DNA from: Chiloscyllium plagiosum
Taxonomy: Eukaryota
NCBI RefSeq assembly: GCF_004010195.1
Contig: NC_057751.1
Location: 17,709,768 to 17,773,767, forward strand
DNA: 64,000 nt
Reading direction: 5' to 3'
In this document: positions 1-12,995 of the stretch, one piece after another
Position numbering within the stretch: the first letter of the stretch is position 1
Layout of the letters: each line of letters opens with the position of its first letter
Translations under genes and position numbers: made by a program
The notes under the pieces: model-generated
The model's input: only the letters and a program-made list of their open reading frames with translations
What the model was told of the DNA's origin: nothing
The model's database searches: none

Positions 1-1745
1 GATTTTCGTGTCTGAGGCTGGTTTGCTCGCCTAAGTTTATTTGAATCATTTCCCTCAATTTTTGGTTTGTATCGAGGTGAATCAACAACTGATTCAGAAA
101 CTTACATCTACGACCATTTGAAGGATTGTAACTGGAAACTACTATTAGTATTCCAGAATGGTTAACTAATTAAATGTCGTGTGGGTATTTATGTCTTATG
201 CATAAACAACTGCAGCTGCATATTCTATGTCAGTAAAGTTACCGTGGATCTACAAAGCTAATATTATTGTTCTTGTGAAGCATAGGAACTATTGTTCGGC
301 ATGTTCTGCTGCATTAGTAATATGCAGCCATTAGCTATTTTGTGCTGCTCAGTCATTAGCACCCGGAACAAGCTTCATTCAAAATGAAACCTCATGCTGT
401 GACAGTGCCTCGAAGTCTTTGATGCGACAGTGTAAAGGGAGGTTATAAAAAAAGTAGAGGGCATGTAATCTAATTTGGTACCAGCCGTTGCAATATTTTA
501 TGATGGCATTGAAAAGAGAAATTTACTTGCTTTTTTCAAAAAAAAACATCGTGGATGTTTATCCTGCATTGAAGCCTGTGTGATACCTGCATTAGATATG
601 TTTGATGTCGAAAGTGCAGTGGGATTTTATTGTAGAACGAAGACTGTGGTGTAACTGTCCTGGACGATGTTGCGGGTGGTCTAATCAATAATGAAACGCA
701 TGGTGAAAATTGCAAGGGAATTTCAAAAGGGTTTCTGGCCATTGCTAAAAGTTTAGACGATGATCCAAACTCTCATGTCCAGAGGTGACAAGCCGTATTG
801 CTCTTTGTGAAACACAGCAGTTTCTATTATCCTATCGAAATTTATAATCACCTCAAATCTTTTCTGACGCCTCCAAGGTTTGACGTCGAGCTTGATCCAG
901 AGACTTGAGCAGGGCAGGCTGAAAGCTTTTTGTTGGCGGAACCTAGTTGAAAATACTAAAATTGGAGTACTTTACTAACGAAGGAACTTTTCTATTCTTT
1001 ATTGTCATGTTCTTTGTTTTAAAAAAGTTATGATTCTTTCAAGACTGCAACTTACCCTACATACCCTGTGTGTTAGACGGCACAAAAGTGGCAACATTAC
1101 AAACTTCACTTCACTCATTCGAGTGCACGTCACAATTAAAACTAATTCAATTGAATTCTAAATTGCAGGTATTTAACACTTGGATTGTATCAATTCGACT
1201 TCCATTCACTGCATCCTAATTGGACATTTATCGCTCGGGTGAATCTCGGCTGCAATAAAAAGCATGTGGAATCCTAATTCTATTCTCTTTCTTGCTTTTT
1301 ACAATTAAAAGATAAATGTCATTCCTGGGCTAAGATCAAATGACTAAAGTGAACAAACCTGAATTGCATGTCTCATTCCTTCAGAAGCATGTGCCGTGAC
1401 TTGCAGATTGAACCACATCTCATAATTTATATATTATCGTCTTTTCAACTCCTGCATGTGAAATACAGAGAGATTTGCTTTTTTGGTGGTTGTACTAAGG
1501 AGAACGATATGAAAGAATTGGTCAAACACTCCAACAGAACAGGGCAGAGAAGGCATAAATTCTGTCAGCACCGGGTTAGGGGACGAAATGTGTCACAATC
1601 TGTTTCTGCTCATGCATTCATTCCTGTGCTGTAGAAATGTTAGTCTTGATTGCAAGGAGTGGGAGTTGAGAAGTGATATCTAAGCGTATATGCAGGGTAC
1701 GATGGATTTAGACACAAATTACAGAATCGATTCAAAGTTGTAGTG

Positions 1746-4140
1746 GAATAGAATCATATAGCACCAGTACAGATCCTTCACTCCACCAGTCTATACCGAC
1801 CATAATCCAAAACTACACGAGTCCGACTGGCCTGCACCTAACTCATAGCCCTGTAAATATTTTCTATTTGCATAGGTCCCTAAATATTGTTTAAACTCAT
1901 CACTGTAACCACATCCACCACTACCTCTGGAATTTCATTCTTCACACGAACCACGTTCTGTGGAATTACATTTGGATTTCATGTCTCTTTTTAAATCATT
2001 CTGCGTTTACATTCAAAATATGCTTTCAAATTCTTGAATTGCCCCACCCAAGGGAAAAGACAACTTAACTTCACCTTTTCTCTCTCCCTCATTATTCTAT
2101 ACACATGTATAACGTCAGATCGCAACCTCCTCCTACCCTCGTTAAAGAAAACGTGTCAGCCTAATCTGCATCTCTTTTGAACGCAAACCCTTCATTCCTT
2201 ATAATATTTTCGTATCCCTTCCTTACAGGTCGACAAGAAGAGGCCTCGCCAACATGTTCTACGTTTTCTGCATAACATATCAATTCCTATATTCCTAGGT
2301 CTCATCAATTAAGGGAAACACGCGAAATCCGTTCTGCACAGTCGTATCTAAATGTGATGCAATATTTAAAGAATTATGTAACTGAACAACTAGGCCGTTC
2401 TCTTCTACAACGCAAGGCTCTTCCTTTAATTGTATAAATCTCGTCAATGGTTATTTTTCCAAAATGCAGGATCATGCATTTGAATTAAACTCGATTTACA
2501 ATTCTTTAACCAATTGACGCAATTGCTCAAGACCTCTTTCTAATTGTTGATAGTCTTGCTTTCAGCCAATCTTTGTATCAAACGTCCTAACCATGCTTTC
2601 TATAGCCTCATCTGAATCATTTACATCAATGAAAAACGAAAGTGGACCCAACACCAATCCCTGTGGATCACCGCTGATCACAGTTATCAATCCGATAGAA
2701 AAACCTTCGCCATCATTCTCTCCCTCTCCTGTTCTTAAGCCAATTTTGTATCTAATCGGCAAACTCACACGGAATAAGCAAACGTCTCAGAACACCGATC
2801 ACTCTGCACTTATCAATTTTCTTAGCTGATTTCTGAATAACCTTAACCAAGTCTGTGAGTCATGATTTCCCTCAACAATGTCATGTTGATACCCAGTGAT
2901 TCCTTACCTTTTCAAATGCACGTAATTCCTATCTTTCAGAATCTCGACCCAAACTTACGCAATTCTGAACTCAGACTCACAAGTGTACAGTTCCAAATCG
3001 TCTGCTGACAAGCCGTCTGAAGAAATGCACAACATTTACCACTGTCCAATCATCCAAAACCTCTATTGTAGTTATATGCGACATGAATAATTTGCAACGG
3101 GCCCGGCAATTTCCTCCATAACTTCAAGCAAGGTTGTGGGACACAAACGATCGGGTCCTGGACATATTTCCAACTTTATATTTTCTCAGATATCCAGTAA
3201 TTCCTCTTTTGCAACGTGAACTTTTCTCAAATCCTAAATGTTTATTTCCTTGGGTTCTCCAGCTGCTCTTGCTTTCTCCACTGTAATAATTGATGTAATA
3301 TATTAATTCAATATCTCTCCTATCTGTTTTGGTTCAACATAAAGATGGACTCATTCATCTGTGAAGAGCCCGACTGTCACTCTATCTGTTAGCCTGCTCA
3401 TAATATACTTCAGGTATCTCTGAATCATCCTTAATATTATTTGCCAAGGCTATCTCATATCCAGTTTTTGCCTTCCTTTTAGGAATGCCCAGATATTGTT
3501 TTTTAGTGTTCAAGAACTTCATTTGAAGCCAGTTGTTTATATTCAAGTTATGATTAATTTTGTGTTCTTGATGCGAACATCAATATCTTTATTCTTTTTT
3601 TTTCTAATACTCACAGTCTTACCTTTTTATTTACGGAAGCATAATGAGTCCAAACACTCATTACCACTCGTTTAAAAGCCTTCCGCTTACCAGACGTCCC
3701 TTTATTTGCGAACAGTCTCCTCGAATTAGAGTTTGGAAGTTCTTATCATTGACCGTTAAAATTAGAGCCAATGTGCGGCCCCGTTCGATCATTTCATTTT
3801 GTTGTCCTGTCCTATTATACAAGAGAAGATGAAGTTATGCTCCTCTGCTCGTAAAATTTGTGTTTTGATAAATAGAGTTTTCTTGAAGACATTTAGCAAA
3901 GTTTGCACCATGCAAACCTTTAACACCACGGGAGTTCCAGTCAATGTTTGAAAAATTAAAGCATAACATTAGTTACAACCTTTGTCTTCCTTCATATATC
4001 CGGGTTTTCGCAACATATTGTTTCTCATTTTCCCTCTGATTGTTTAGTGGTTTGTGCTTAGCACAATTCCATCCAGGTTATTTTCTTTTAATTTTTAATT
4101 TCCATTGAAAGTCACTACTCCGAGTAAATCAAACGATTCA
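1746..4140 (-). mobile_element. Decayed CR1 LINE (ORF2 RT/endonuclease remnants)
   Basis: ORF 2562..2768 reads SGDPQGLVLGPLSFFIDVND, a degenerate CR1 'SGVPQGSVLGPLLF..ND' motif; CR1-type 3' end near 1746; boundaries approximate. Confidence 0.8.
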
Positions 4141-4959
4141 GGTGTATCTGGATCACATTCCAGAATTCAGTCAGAGTGATAGGAACATATAGAAAAAAAG
4201 ATATACCAAGCCAGCCTCTGAATTGTAAATGTGAAGCTTTTCTCACGATCTGACACACATATTTCACGTAGAATCAGGTTTATTCTATTCTGAAAGCTGG
4301 CATCTATCAGAACTGATAACATTTAAAAACAGCAAGTATTTCATCGGAGAATATTATGCGTCCATCTTGCTGTTATGACAAACAGAAAAATCCCATTTGT
4401 TTTCCTAGGAAGATTATCCTCGAATTGTACACTTTGAATTAATTGTTTGCAGCTCTCTGTAGGAATGGCGACAGCCTCGCCTGAGATAGAACATCCAGGA
4501 AAATCAGCTGAAACCTTTCTCTCTTGAAATGTCTGTTTCCTGTTTCTTTCTTTTTGTCTTGGTGACCCTTCCGTCAGGTGGGAGCCGACTGATAAATTTG
4601 TAAGGACTTTTATTTATTCATAAACCAGACGTAGAAGAAGTGTGCATATACGTGATTAGTTCAATGCAGAACGGGAGCATGGACAGACGCATCCGAACAC
4701 GAAAAATAACCTCCTTGTACCTGCTCTGTACAGATCTGTTGCAGTTGCATTATTTTCAACCAGATCTCTTTGCGTTCTTCTGAATTCCAGTCAATTCCCT
4801 AAACAATGCACTTTCCTGCACTTTCTCCAAAACACTGGATTCCCCGACTGGATCAAGAATCCATCTCAGCTTTAAACATTCGAAAAGTCTCTGTCGGAAA
4901 GAACAGAAAAGAACTCAGACTGTGTGAAGAAAGAAATTAATCCTCTTCTCAGTCTTAAA

Positions 4960-5462
4960 TTGGTGTGTGCTGTCCCTTTCATTGGAATGTTTGATGCAGG
5001 CAGTTGAAAAATGGCTTTTCTCTGCATCTCACGCCATGCTGTCCCTGTCCCTGGAACTGTTTGATAGGGAACTTGCAAAAGGTGCTGTTCTTTGTATCTA
5101 ACCAGGTCCTGTACGAATCCTGAGGGTGTTTACTGAGGGGAGTGCAGAGCACTGTTTATACAGCATCAAACCCTGTTATCTCCCTGTTCTCGGTGAGTTT
5201 GATGATGACTGTGTCGAGACAATTTCACTCTGTACGTAGATCCATTCTCTTCCAGTAATTGAAGTGATAAATGAGGGACAGGACAGAGAGAACTTTCCTC
5301 TGCCTGTCACCCCCTCCTATCCCTGCCCTGTGTTTGTTAGATGGGAACATTATAGAGGCATTTCTACTCTGTATTAAAACCCATGTTGTTCCAGTCTTGA
5401 GTTTACCTGATGGGGATGGTGGACAGTGTGCTTTAATGTATATCTGACCTTATGCTGTCCTA
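4960..5462. repeat. Degenerate ~69-70 bp tandem repeat (~7 units)
   Basis: Anchor tgtccc/tgtac recurs at ~4971, 5040, 5110, 5179, 5248, 5318, 5387, 5457; rough consensus TGTCCCTGGGAGTGTTTGATGGGGACAGTGTAGAGGGAGCTTTACTCTGTATCTAACCC. Confidence 0.75.
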
Positions 5463-6189
5463 TAGGAGTAGACCGTTCATCCCTCCAAGCCTGCGTTGAC
5501 ACGTTTTGCACTTTAATGCTAAAACTGTCTTCACTTACAGGATCCATAAATCAGTATTCCCTTCCTATCATGTTTTTGTTTCGGGTGCTTCTTTAATGTT
5601 GCTGTCGTGTTTGCATCCAGCACCTTCTCTGGCAGCGTCTTCCAGAAAGTCACCACCCTTTGCGAAATCTTGCCTCGCACATCTCTTTTAAACTTCCCGT
5701 ACCCAACACAGCTTGATCCTATGTTCCCTAATAATTGCATCGTGCGTCCTTGGAAAAACGCCCCATACGTTCCGCTGTATACATGCCAATCACAATCTTT
5801 CATGATTCTACCATGTCGCCTCTCAACCTCCTGCATTCCAGCAAAAAAGTCTATCCAACCATTCTTCACAGTTAAAATCCTCCATAGAAGGCAACATCGT
5901 AGTAAACTTTCGCTACCCCCTCTCCAAATCATCAACATTCTTCTGGTCGTGTGATGAACTGAACTGTACACAATATCCCAAGTGTGGCCTAATTGAAGTT
6001 GTACAGCGCTGCAGCAAATGTAGACTAACATTATACTCAATGCCTCTTCCAATGAAGGCAAGCATGCCATCGGCCTTTTTTACTATCTTACCTATCTATA
6101 CTGCCACCTCAGTGATCTGTGGAGCTGCACACCCACATCCTCTTCTGACGATTGCATCACTTTAACAACTTTAAATCCCTTGGGAATTT

Positions 6190-6705
6190 TGTAACAGCGA
6201 TCGTAAAGACAAAGATATGTTGGGTCGAGACAGAGACGAAGTTAACAATGGCAGGAGAGTGAACTGTTCTCCCAGCTTAGGTTCTTTATAGCTTCTGACA
6301 GTCAGAAGCTGCTACAGTTCAGAAATAACTTCAGGCTTCAGCAGAAGACACTTGACTGACTTATCACTCGGAAATCTCTTTGGAAGTGATTTAGCTTTTG
6401 TTTAAGTTTAGCTTTTTGCCAAGTGGTGTGTTTGTGGGATGTTGGTCGAGTGGAACAGCTCCTGAACTAATTTGCTGGATCGGATCCGTTAAGTTTCCCA
6501 TAGCTAAGGAACTCTAAGATCAGTTTTTTTTTCTTGTTTCAACTTGAGCATTTGAATAAACTGCATTTTGCTGAAAGCCGAGTGGTTTGACGACTAACAT
6601 GAAGCCTGGCTTTTCCACTTTACATCTGCCGTTAAATTAAGAAAAAAGTTAAGGTCTAGGCTTGCTTCCTAAAATATTTCGAAGGCATCTGACTTGTTCT
6701 GGAAT
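6190..6705 (+). mobile_element. Probable solo LTR (Gypsy-type)
   Basis: Non-CR1 insert beginning TGTAACA with AATAAA at ~6555; 3' part (aagttaaggtctaggct) resembles the reverse complement of 26440-26505. Confidence 0.5.
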
Positions 6706-7076
6706 ACTCTGCATGTAAACAAGCCTTGAGGTTCTGCCATGCATGTTTTAATTTTCATTAGTACTTGACCTTCCAAAATGCATCACCTCACATTCGTCCG
6801 GATTAAACACTACCTGTCATATTTCTACCCGTGCCCTCCAATTATCTATATCCTGCTGTATCCTTTGAAAATCCTGCACAATAATAATGATTCCACCAAT
6901 ACTTTATCGTTCCAAACTTACTAATCAGAACAGGTACATTTTTCTCCAGTTATATTGATCATGAAAGCCGAGGTCCCAGCCATGATCCCAAGGGATCAAC
7001 ATTAGTCTCAGCCCTCCATTCTGGAAGGCATTCTTCTATTTGCCTGATGTGACTAAGTTGGCTCTGCATCCATCTT

Positions 7077-7190
7077 CAGGAATGCCCGAAACGTCGATTC
7101 TCCAGCTCCTTGGATGCTGCCTGACCTGCTGCGCTTTTCCAGCAACACATTTTCAGCTCTGATCTCCAGCATCTGCAGTCCTCACTTTCC
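7077..7190 (+). mobile_element. Penelope-derived mini-element (5'-truncated within the hammerhead motif)
   Basis: cccgaaacgtcgattctcc...cagcatctgcagtcctcactttcc matches 11151-11268; flanked by gcatccatctt (7066-7076) and gcatcaatctt (7196-7206). Confidence 0.8.
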
Positions 7191-10100
7191 CTTTGGCATC
7201 AATCTTGCCAGCTCACTCTTGATACCAAGTGACTTCCCTTATTTACTGGTCTGCCACGAATAATTTTGTCAAACGTTTGCTGATGCCCATGTCAACTTTT
7301 CCCTGATCGATCATCTATGTCACTTCCTCAGTAAAACTCGATCAATTTAGTGAGGCGTGGGCTCCCTCGCACTGAACCATGCTGTCAATTGCGAATAATT
7401 CCATTTGCTTCTAATTGTGTGTCAAACCTGTCCTGAAAAATGTCTTCCCAAACGTTTCCCTACAACCAATATTACACTCACAAGTCTTTAATTTCTAGGA
7501 TAATCCCTACTACCCTTTTTAAAGAATGGGAGAGCATTGAATACTCTTCATTCCGCTGATACATTTCCTGTGTCCATGGGGAGAGAAAGATAGATTTTAG
7601 GTCTTCAGCAATTACCTCACCTGTCTCCCTCACTATTCTGGTGTAGTTCAATCAGTGCCTAGGGAATTAATTACCTTTATACATTTTATGGCGCATAATA
7701 CATCTTCCTTTCCTTTCGCAACTTGGCTTAAAAACTCTTCATTCTCTTAGCTGAGATCATCTTCTACCAATTCCTTCATTTTGGTAAAAATACTTGGCAT
7801 TCTACCTAAACCTACTTTCTAATGATTTTTCCTGACTTCTTTTAGCCTTTCTATTTCCTTGTTAAAGTTAATTCCTTCTTTCCTTACCTACTTCAAGGCT
7901 TTGGTACTCTCTATCCTCCTATACTTTATGTGTGCTTCTTTTTCTTCTTTCTGACAAAGGTTACAACACCCCTATTGATCTACGTTTCAGGTACCTAGCC
8001 ATATCTATCATTCAATCTCACAGGAACATTCTGCACCTGAACTCATATCAAAAGCCGTTTCAACTATTCCGACATGTCCGATGTTGGTTCACCCTCAAAC
8101 AGCTGTCTCCTATCACCAATTCACCAGTTCCTGCCCAATATTGGTATAATTCGCCTTCGTCCAATTTAACAATTTCATTGGGAGTCTTCTGTTGTCCCGA
8201 TGTACGAACATTTTAAAACTCGTGGTATTACGGTCACTACTCTCTAAATACTCCAGTCTTGAAACTTCATTCATCTAGCTGCGCTCATTCCTCGTATCTA
8301 GGCCAAGGAGAATCACTTCCCTGTTTCAACTGTTTACGTGTTGTGTCTAGAAACTCTCCTGATTGGTCATTAAAAAATCCAGTCCCATCCAAACTCCGAG
8401 CATGTAATGAGTTTCAGTCAATCTCGGGGAAGTTAACATAAACCTTTGCATAAACCTTGCTATTATTAAATCTTTTGAAAATCTGTCTACAATTTTTTTC
8501 CATATTGCACTGTCAGTTGGGAGGTCTTTTATGTGCTACAAAGATTCTGATTTCACCTTTCCTACTTCTGAGTTCAAAGCAGATTGCCTTATGCACAGGT
8601 CGTCTGTTGTATCCTCCTCCAATACAGCTATGAGATGTTGCTTTACCAGTAACGCAAATCCCCCACTCCCTTCATCCCTCGAACACCTTTCAGCTGCCAG
8701 TCTTGCAACTCGTTCAACAAAAAAGATCCCAGCACTGACAAAAAGTCTTAGTTCATCTACCTTGCCTATTATTCTTCACATATTGAAACACTCTCCTCAC
8801 CTCTGATGTGTTGCTGGACCAGTGTTCATATACTCAACAATGGCAGTGGTCTCGCCCTGCTTCAAATATAGGACAGTCCTCACTCACGTTTTTTTCCCTA
8901 TAACACAAGTGAACCATTCAGCAATCATAAAAAGAGAAAAATGATATCTGAATAGAGAGCAGGTATATTTCCTCCAAGGTTACACAAACATCAAACATGC
9001 GTCACAAGTATGAGAAGTGACACAGTTGGCAATTCTCCCGGGGTTAAATGCATTCTAACTCTCCATCTGCATTGTTCACGGCAAATATTTATGAGACTAG
9101 TTTGAAAACATAAGTGGAAGCAGACGCAAAACGCACTCTACAATGTCCCCATCAAACACTTACGAGACACATAAAGCACGGATATTTGTACAGAACAAAT
9201 CACGGTCATGATCACATAGTTTCGAAAGATTGAGCCTGGTCAGCCACAGAGACGGGCTGCAAAGCGTGATCTTCATTGATAAACTCAGTGAAGCACTCTG
9301 GAAAGTTTGGCATGCAGTCAGCGTTGCGGTGACAGAGGTTTGGAGGAGACCTTGCTGTGAGTAGCATAGTGAAGCAACCTGGACAGAGTGGCGTGCAGTT
9401 CAAACTCAATGCAAAATCCTATGGACAATGCCATGCAGTGTTTAATACATTGGTAAAATCCACAAAGAATTGTTATCATCCAGCTATTGAGTGAAACAGT
9501 CCATGAGCTGTACCTGACGTTTACATTGTATTAAAACAGTCGGGCAAGAGTGACTTAAATTTAGCATCTCAGTGAAGAACTCTGGAAAAGTTCCCTGCCC
9601 TGAACGTCGCAATGAAATAATCCAGCAAGAAACACATGCTGTCAGGAGGACAGTGAATAAGTCCTGGAAGAATGGGCTACAGTCAGCATCATCGGACAGC
9701 AGAATGGGATCAATATCTGGTCGTGAGTTTCGTAGTGCACTATGCGAGTGAGATTTGCTTCAAAAGAATATGGACGTAAAACAGCCTGAAATATGGCCTG
9801 AAATCAGCGTTGTAGTAAATCAGTGTGTGAGAGGTGGCCTGCAGTTATCATCACAGGGAAAATGTTTGTAAATGGTAGCCAACCGTGAGCAACGCAATAA
9901 ATGAGACCTGGAAAATTGACCTGCAGTGTCCGTCACGGTAAAATAGTCTGCAAAGGGTTGACTGGATTTAGTATGGTATTGAAGGAGATTGGCCTGTCGA
10001 CAGCATTGTAGTGATGTAATTTAGGAAGAATCACTGCCAATGGGTGTCATAATGAAGCCGTCTTTAAAGAGTGACCTGCCGTGAGAAACACGTAGAATGT

Positions 10101-11058
10101 CTGTGAAAAGTGATTTGAAGTTAGTATCTCAGTGAAGCAGGCCATAAAAATTGTCTGGCAGTGTGCATCGCAGTGACAGTCTAAGAAGAGGATTCCTGAG
10201 GTCGATGTGGTACTGCAACAGTCTGAGACGGGTCACGTGAAGTTAGCAGAACAGTGATGCAGACTGTGGTGTGTGTCGTGCAGGGACAAATGCAGTAAAA
10301 TAGTCTGTTAAGAATGGTGATCAGTCAAGACTGCAGTAAAAATGATTGGTAAGAACAGCCTGTCGAGTTCATCGTCGATAAAAATGGAATAGGTGGTTCT
10401 GTAGCCAAAACTTCAGTGAAGGTAGATTGTGAGAACGACTTGCAATGAACATTACTGTGTAAAATTCTGCAAGGCATGGCCCACAGTCAAAGCAGTCGTG
10501 AGGGACTTTGGACTTCAGGCAAAATGATAATGAAGCAGAATGGGAGGTGTAGTCTGCAGTGAGCAATCAAGGGAAGAGATCTGGGAGGAGCGATTGAAGT
10601 TTGCAATACAGGAAAGGGAGACTGGGAATATCGGCCTGAAGACACAATTTCAGTGAAGTATTTTGGGAACAGTGGTCTGCAGTCAACATGGTGGTGGAGC
10701 AGACTGGGAATGGAATCTGCAGTCTGCAACTCAGTGTCACAGAGTATGATTTTCGGATTTCAGTGGAGCAGTCCGGGAAGACTGACCTGCAGATAATAAC
10801 TCAGTGAATGTGTCTGGGAGAGGTGGACAGCTATCAACATCACATTGAATCAAACTGGGGTAACTGGTCTCAGTGCAAATCACAATGAAAACACCTTGAA
10901 AAAGTGGACTGCAGTTTTTTCTATCATAATGAGTCTGACAGGGATGAGCGACCTGAATTCAAACTATAGAGAAAATGGCTGAGTGAAATGGACTACAGCA
11001 GTCATCAAAATGAAACCACCCACCATGATTAGCGTGAGTCAACATTACAATGATGAAG

Positions 11059-11268
11059 CTAAAAATGTGTTGCTGGAACAGCGCAGCAGGTCAGGCAGCA
11101 TCTAGGGAACAGGAGAATCGACGTTTCGGGCATAAGCCCTTCTTCAGGAAGAGCTTATGCCCGAAACGTCGATTCTCCTGTTCCCTGGATGCTGCCTGAC
11201 CTGCTGCGCTGTTCCAGCAACACATTTTCATCTCTGATCTCCAGCATCTGCAGACCTCACTTTCTCCT
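11059..11268. mobile_element. Fold-back Penelope-derived mini-element with 16-bp TSD
   Basis: 11059-11140 is the reverse complement of ~11151-11232; TSD cattacaatgatgaag (11043-11058) / cattataatgatgaag (11269-11284). Confidence 0.9.
11118..11150 (-). ncRNA. Minimal type I hammerhead ribozyme motif
   Basis: Minus strand TTC-CTGAAGA-A-GGGC-TTAT-GCCC-GAAA-CG-TC-GA: CUGANGA box, 4-bp stem II, GAAA box, UH site. Confidence 0.8.
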
Positions 11269-12995
11269 CATTATAATGATGAAGTCAAAGAAGAAAAGTC
11301 TGCAGTGAATAACTCAGAGAAACAGTCCGGAAGAGTGACCTGCTGTCAGCATCATAGTAGATCAGGCAGCAAAGAGAGGCCTGCAATCAATATTGCAGTG
11401 ATGCAGATTGGCATCACGTCAGTAATGCAGTGAAGCAATCTAGCATGAGTGGCCTTCAGTGACCATCACAGTGAACCATCGAGGAAGAGTAACAGTCTTG
11501 GAGAAGTGTACCACAGTTAGCACCGTGGTGAAATAATTTACAACGTGTCGCCTAGAGCGAGCATCTTCAGAAAGCAGACAAGTAAGAGTTGACTGCAGTG
11601 AGCATTGCAGAGAAGCAACCTGGAAGAAGTGACAGACTGGCAGAATCAGAGTAAAATAGCCTGAAAAGTTGGGCCCACGATCAGAATCACAATAAGTAAC
11701 CTAGGAAGAAGGGCATGTGGGGACGCTTTCTGTTACGGCTGACCATGTGTTGCATCTGCATTGTATTAGCGTTCTGTTTCATTGAAGCAAAGTCGCTTAT
11801 GACTGAAGAGATCAGTGCTGTAGAGACAGACCAGTCATAGAGGTCACATCTATATGCGATAGTTGATCTGCTAGAATGTCTGCACTCAGCATGTCTGCTG
11901 CAGTGCTCATCAGCTTCTTTGCCCCTGTTTCGAAGTGTTGCTTCAGGGTGCTTCTCCATCTCGTGCAATCAGATGCATGTCTCTTCTAGGAACTACATAC
12001 CGATTTCATATCGCTCATATAGATGTCATTGAAGCCCTGATTGGGACGTCCAGTGGATAACTTCCCGGATGGAAGCTCTCCATAAAGGATATCCATTGGG
12101 ATGTGGCTATCCTCCAATTGTGGAAGTGGCCCGGCCAGTTTAGTTTCTGTTGCTTGTGCAGAGTGCAGATGCTGCGAAGGCCAATGCGAGATAGAGCAGT
12201 GGTGTTGCATATTCTGTCTTGCCAGGACATGTCCAGGATGAGGCGGATACTCCTCTAAAGGAACGTGTTCAGTCTTCTCTCCTGTCTGCAATATATAGTC
12301 CAAGTTTTAGTGCCACACAGCAGTGTGCTTATGTTTTCACGATGGTACAGCCAGGATACATAAACTGATGGATGACATTGAGTTCAGGGACATCGAAGTT
12401 GATGAATTGCGGTCCCTCTGTGTCCTGTCCCAGGACACTCGTCTTCTTCAGACTGATAGTCAGCCCAAAATTCTTGCACGCATGAGAGAGGCAGTCTATC
12501 AGTAACTGGAGTTGCTGATGTTTGTATGTTGCAACAGCAACATCATCGGCAAACAGCATGCCCCTGATGATCGTCGGACATATATTTTGCCATGACTCTG
12601 AGGCAGTCCAGGTTGAAGAACCTGCCGACTGATCTGGTGCCTTGCTGAATTCCCTCCGTTGCGGTGCCAAATACATGTTTCAGGAGCACTGCGAAAAAAA
12701 TCCTGAAGTGTGTGGGAGCAAGAATACAGCCTTGTTTGATGCAGCTGTGGATGTTGAAAGCCTCAGAAGAGCTGTCATTGGACTGCATGGTCCCCTTCAT
12801 GTTAGCGTGGAAGGATACTGACATGGTCAGCAGTTTCGTGGGGGTAGCTGATCTTCAGGAGGTCATTTCTTGAAAAAAAAGTCCTTTCTGCTGACCCGGT
12901 TTAACACATTGTTTGAGGTTCATAAAGTGGTGTACAAGGGCTTTTGCTGTTCTCTGCCCTTCTCCTGCATTTGGGAAGGGAAAAGTTCATGTCTT

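Larger units (their letters stand above)
5463..8790 (-). mobile_element. Decayed CR1 LINE interrupted by an LTR-like segment and a PLE mini-element
   Basis: CR1 C-terminal motifs in ORF 5531..6070 (SQRVVTFWKTLPEKVLDANTTATLKKH); RT/endonuclease remnants continue 6705-8790. Confidence 0.8.
9270..11690. repeat. Degenerate ~41 bp minisatellite array
   Basis: Recurring unit resembling GTCAGCATCGCAGTGAAGCAGTCTGGGAAGAGTGGCCTGCA at ~40-41 bp spacing (e.g. gcagtc at 10679 and 10719). Confidence 0.75.

Noticed and set aside
1..1700. Short ORFs 536..742 and 1368..1634 as genes
   Set aside because: No recognisable domains or convincing splice structure; consistent with chance ORFs
9270..11690. CRISPR array or repeat-protein coding region
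   Set aside because: No conserved repeat/unique spacer alternation; the ~41-bp period is not a multiple of 3 and no long ORF exists
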